32,000 bases of DNA from Candidatus Saccharimonadota bacterium (lineage in GTDB: Bacteria > Patescibacteriota > Gracilibacteria > Absconditabacterales > Absconditicoccaceae): positions 360,001 to 392,000 of the forward strand of contig CP006913.1 of assembly GCA_000503875.1 (NCBI GenBank). The letters are read 5' to 3'. Below the pieces are notes generated by a model that searched no databases, was not told the DNA's origin, and saw only the letters and a program-made list of their open reading frames with translations. A program made the position numbers and the translations under genes. Below, piece by piece: positions 30,780 to 32,000 of the stretch. Position 1 is the stretch's first letter; each line of letters opens with the position of its first letter.

Positions 30780-30971
30780 ATGGCAGGAAAAAAAAATTAT
30801 TCCGAAAAGGATCTTTTTGAAGAAGAATCCAAAAGAGAATTTCACCTTCCAAAAGAACAAGGACTCCCTCGTGGATTCCAAACTTTCACTCCTAGCGAGT
30901 ATTTTGAACGCCAGGAAAAACAGAATGCAGAGGTAGAAAGCAATCTCCCAAAGTATTCTGATCATACTTAA
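30780..30971 (+). CDS. Small hydrophilic hypothetical protein (63 aa)
   Basis: Intact ORF followed at once by a good terminator. There is no recognisable domain, no obvious SD and no TGA codon. Confidence 0.3.
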   Translation: MAGKKNYSEKDLFEEESKREFHLPKEQGLPRGFQTFTPSEYFERQEKQNAEVESNLPKYSDHT

Positions 30972-30981
30972 GTAAACAAAA

Positions 30982-31013
30982 AAAATCGTCTAGGCAACTC
31001 CAGACGATTTTTT
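30982..31013 (+). terminator. Rho-independent terminator
   Basis: aaaatcgtct-aggcaactcc-agacgatttt, running into a T-run. Confidence 0.7.
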
Positions 31014-31020
31014 ATAAAGC

Positions 31021-31050
31021 AAAAAGCCCCGGAAAAAATCCGGAGCTTTT
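31021..31050 (-). terminator. GC-rich terminator hairpin for the T9SS-domain gene (possibly bidirectional)
   Basis: Minus strand: agctccgg-atttttt-ccggggct followed by ttttt, 16 nt downstream of the stop at 31066. Confidence 0.65.
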
Positions 31051-31065
31051 CTTTGAGGTTGATAA

Positions 31066-32000
31066 TTATTGTTTCACAATCTTGAAAGTACGAGATTGTG
31101 TTTTGTCCTGTGTTGTTTTTATGATATAAGTTCCAGGACTGAACCCACTCATATCGATACTGTGTTTTTGTTGGCTATACCCCTTATAAAGGAGATTTCC
31201 AATGAGGTTAAATATTTCCACAGTACCATTTTTTTCGAGTTCTATTGTGCAGAGAGAAATTACAGGATTTGGATAGATTGTAATCTTTCCATTTTCTATA
31301 TCTTCTACTCCTGTGACGGTAACTTGTTCGCTATCAGAGTTTTTACAACCATGATTGTCGGTAACCGTAACTGAATAAGTACCAGAAGCACTTACTACAA
31401 TAGTTTGTGTTATTGCAGTCGTAGACCATAGATATTCAGAAAATCCTGTACCTGCATCTAACGTTGCATTTCCATTACCCGAAGTTTGTGTGATATTAAC
31501 CGTAGGTAGAGGATTAACAACAACGACAACTTGATCAGCAATAACACCACAAGAACCGTTAACAGTAGCGGTATAAGTTTTGGTTTCAGAAGGAGTAAAA
31601 GGCACGCCATCTACAACTCCGTTATCCCAACTTAATGTTCCGTTAGTATAAGAAGCGGTTAAGGTAACCTGTCCACCTTGGCAAACAGAAGCATCAGCTC
31701 CAGCATTAACCGTAGGTAGAGGATTAACAACAACGACAACTTGATCAGCAATAACACCACAAGAACCGTTAACAGTAGCGGTATAAGTTTTGGTTTCAGA
31801 AGGAGTAAAAGGCACGCCATCTACAACTCCGTTATCCCAACTTAATGTTCCGTTAGTATAAGAAGCGGTTAAGGTAACCTGTCCACCTTGGCAAACAGAA
31901 GCATCAGCTCCAGCATTAACCGTAGGTAGAGGATTAACAGTAATTACAACTTCATCACTAGCAAAACAATCATCTTTAGCAACACTAACTGAATAAGTAT
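31066..32000 (-). CDS. Repeat-containing cell-surface protein with a T9SS (Por) C-terminal sorting domain; 5' end off the window
   Basis: The frame stays open to the window edge. The ORF-track start at 31815 is an internal GTG. The C-terminus GKITIYPNPVISLCTIELEKNGTVEIFNLIGNLLYKGYSQQKHSIDMSGFSPGTYIIKTTQDKTQSRTFKIVKQ matches the type A T9SS CTD pattern. Upstream are 70-aa repeats: NPLPTVNAGADASVCQGGQVTLTASYTNGTLSWDNGVVDGVPFTPSETKTYTATVNGSCGVIADQVVVVV. Confidence 0.8.
   Translation of the reverse strand, partial: TYSVSVAKDDCFASDEVVITVNPLPTVNAGADASVCQGGQVTLTASYTNGTLSWDNGVVDGVPFTPSETKTYTATVNGSCGVIADQVVVVVNPLPTVNAGADASVCQGGQVTLTASYTNGTLSWDNGVVDGVPFTPSETKTYTATVNGSCGVIADQVVVVVNPLPTVNITQTSGNGNATLDAGTGFSEYLWSTTAITQTIVVSASGTYSVTVTDNHGCKNSDSEQVTVTGVEDIENGKITIYPNPVISLCTIELEKNGTVEIFNLIGNLLYKGYSQQKHSIDMSGFSPGTYIIKTTQDKTQSRTFKIVKQ
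31501..31920. repeat. Two perfect 210-bp tandem repeat units inside the adhesin gene
   Basis: 31501-31710 and 31711-31920 are identical base for base by direct comparison. A third unit begins at 31921 and diverges after 19 nt. Confidence 0.9.

Overview
AT-rich bacterial chromosome segment that is only readable if TGA is translated as glycine (translation table 25, used by the candidate-phyla-radiation lineages Gracilibacteria/BD1-5 and Absconditabacteria/SR1). In-frame TGA falls on invariant Gly positions of many conserved proteins: SHMT HKSLR-G-PRG and VQ-G-G-PHMN, DnaE GP-G-R-G-SGAGS, RNase HII GPLA-G-P, IF-2 AE-G-EAGGITQ, Pth V-G-LGNP-G, LigA GRT-G-IITP. The supplied standard-code ORF track is therefore fragmented, so I re-stitched the pieces by frame continuity. 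This gives about 25 genes, mostly housekeeping: rplI, rnhB, csp, pheT, glyA, ybaB, a class B PBP, dnaE, nrnA, a sugar-phosphate transferase, ligA, a flavodoxin-like protein, pth and infB. The accessory genes are a GH3 / AlaE-like / methyltransferase cluster, a DUF4157 metallopeptidase-like gene broken by a 25-bp tandem duplication next to a membrane HExxH protein, a CPR-type T4SS pilin, and a nucleotidyltransferase-fold protein. The items most worth a second look: (1) a 137-nt hairpin-forming intergenic element in two full copies plus one collapsed copy, with a compensatory base-pair change and its own promoter-like sequence (candidate small RNA); (2) a degenerate GHMP-kinase domain fused to an OmpR-type winged-helix domain, preceded by a hairpin plus terminator-like leader; (3) a DnaE that starts just after where the PHP domain should be; (4) a GC-richer, TGA-free gene at the right edge encoding a Bacteroidota-style repeat adhesin with a T9SS C-terminal sorting domain and a perfect 210-bp tandem repeat, which is either horizontal transfer or a chimeric contig. 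No rRNA, tRNA, CRISPR array or transposase was recognised.
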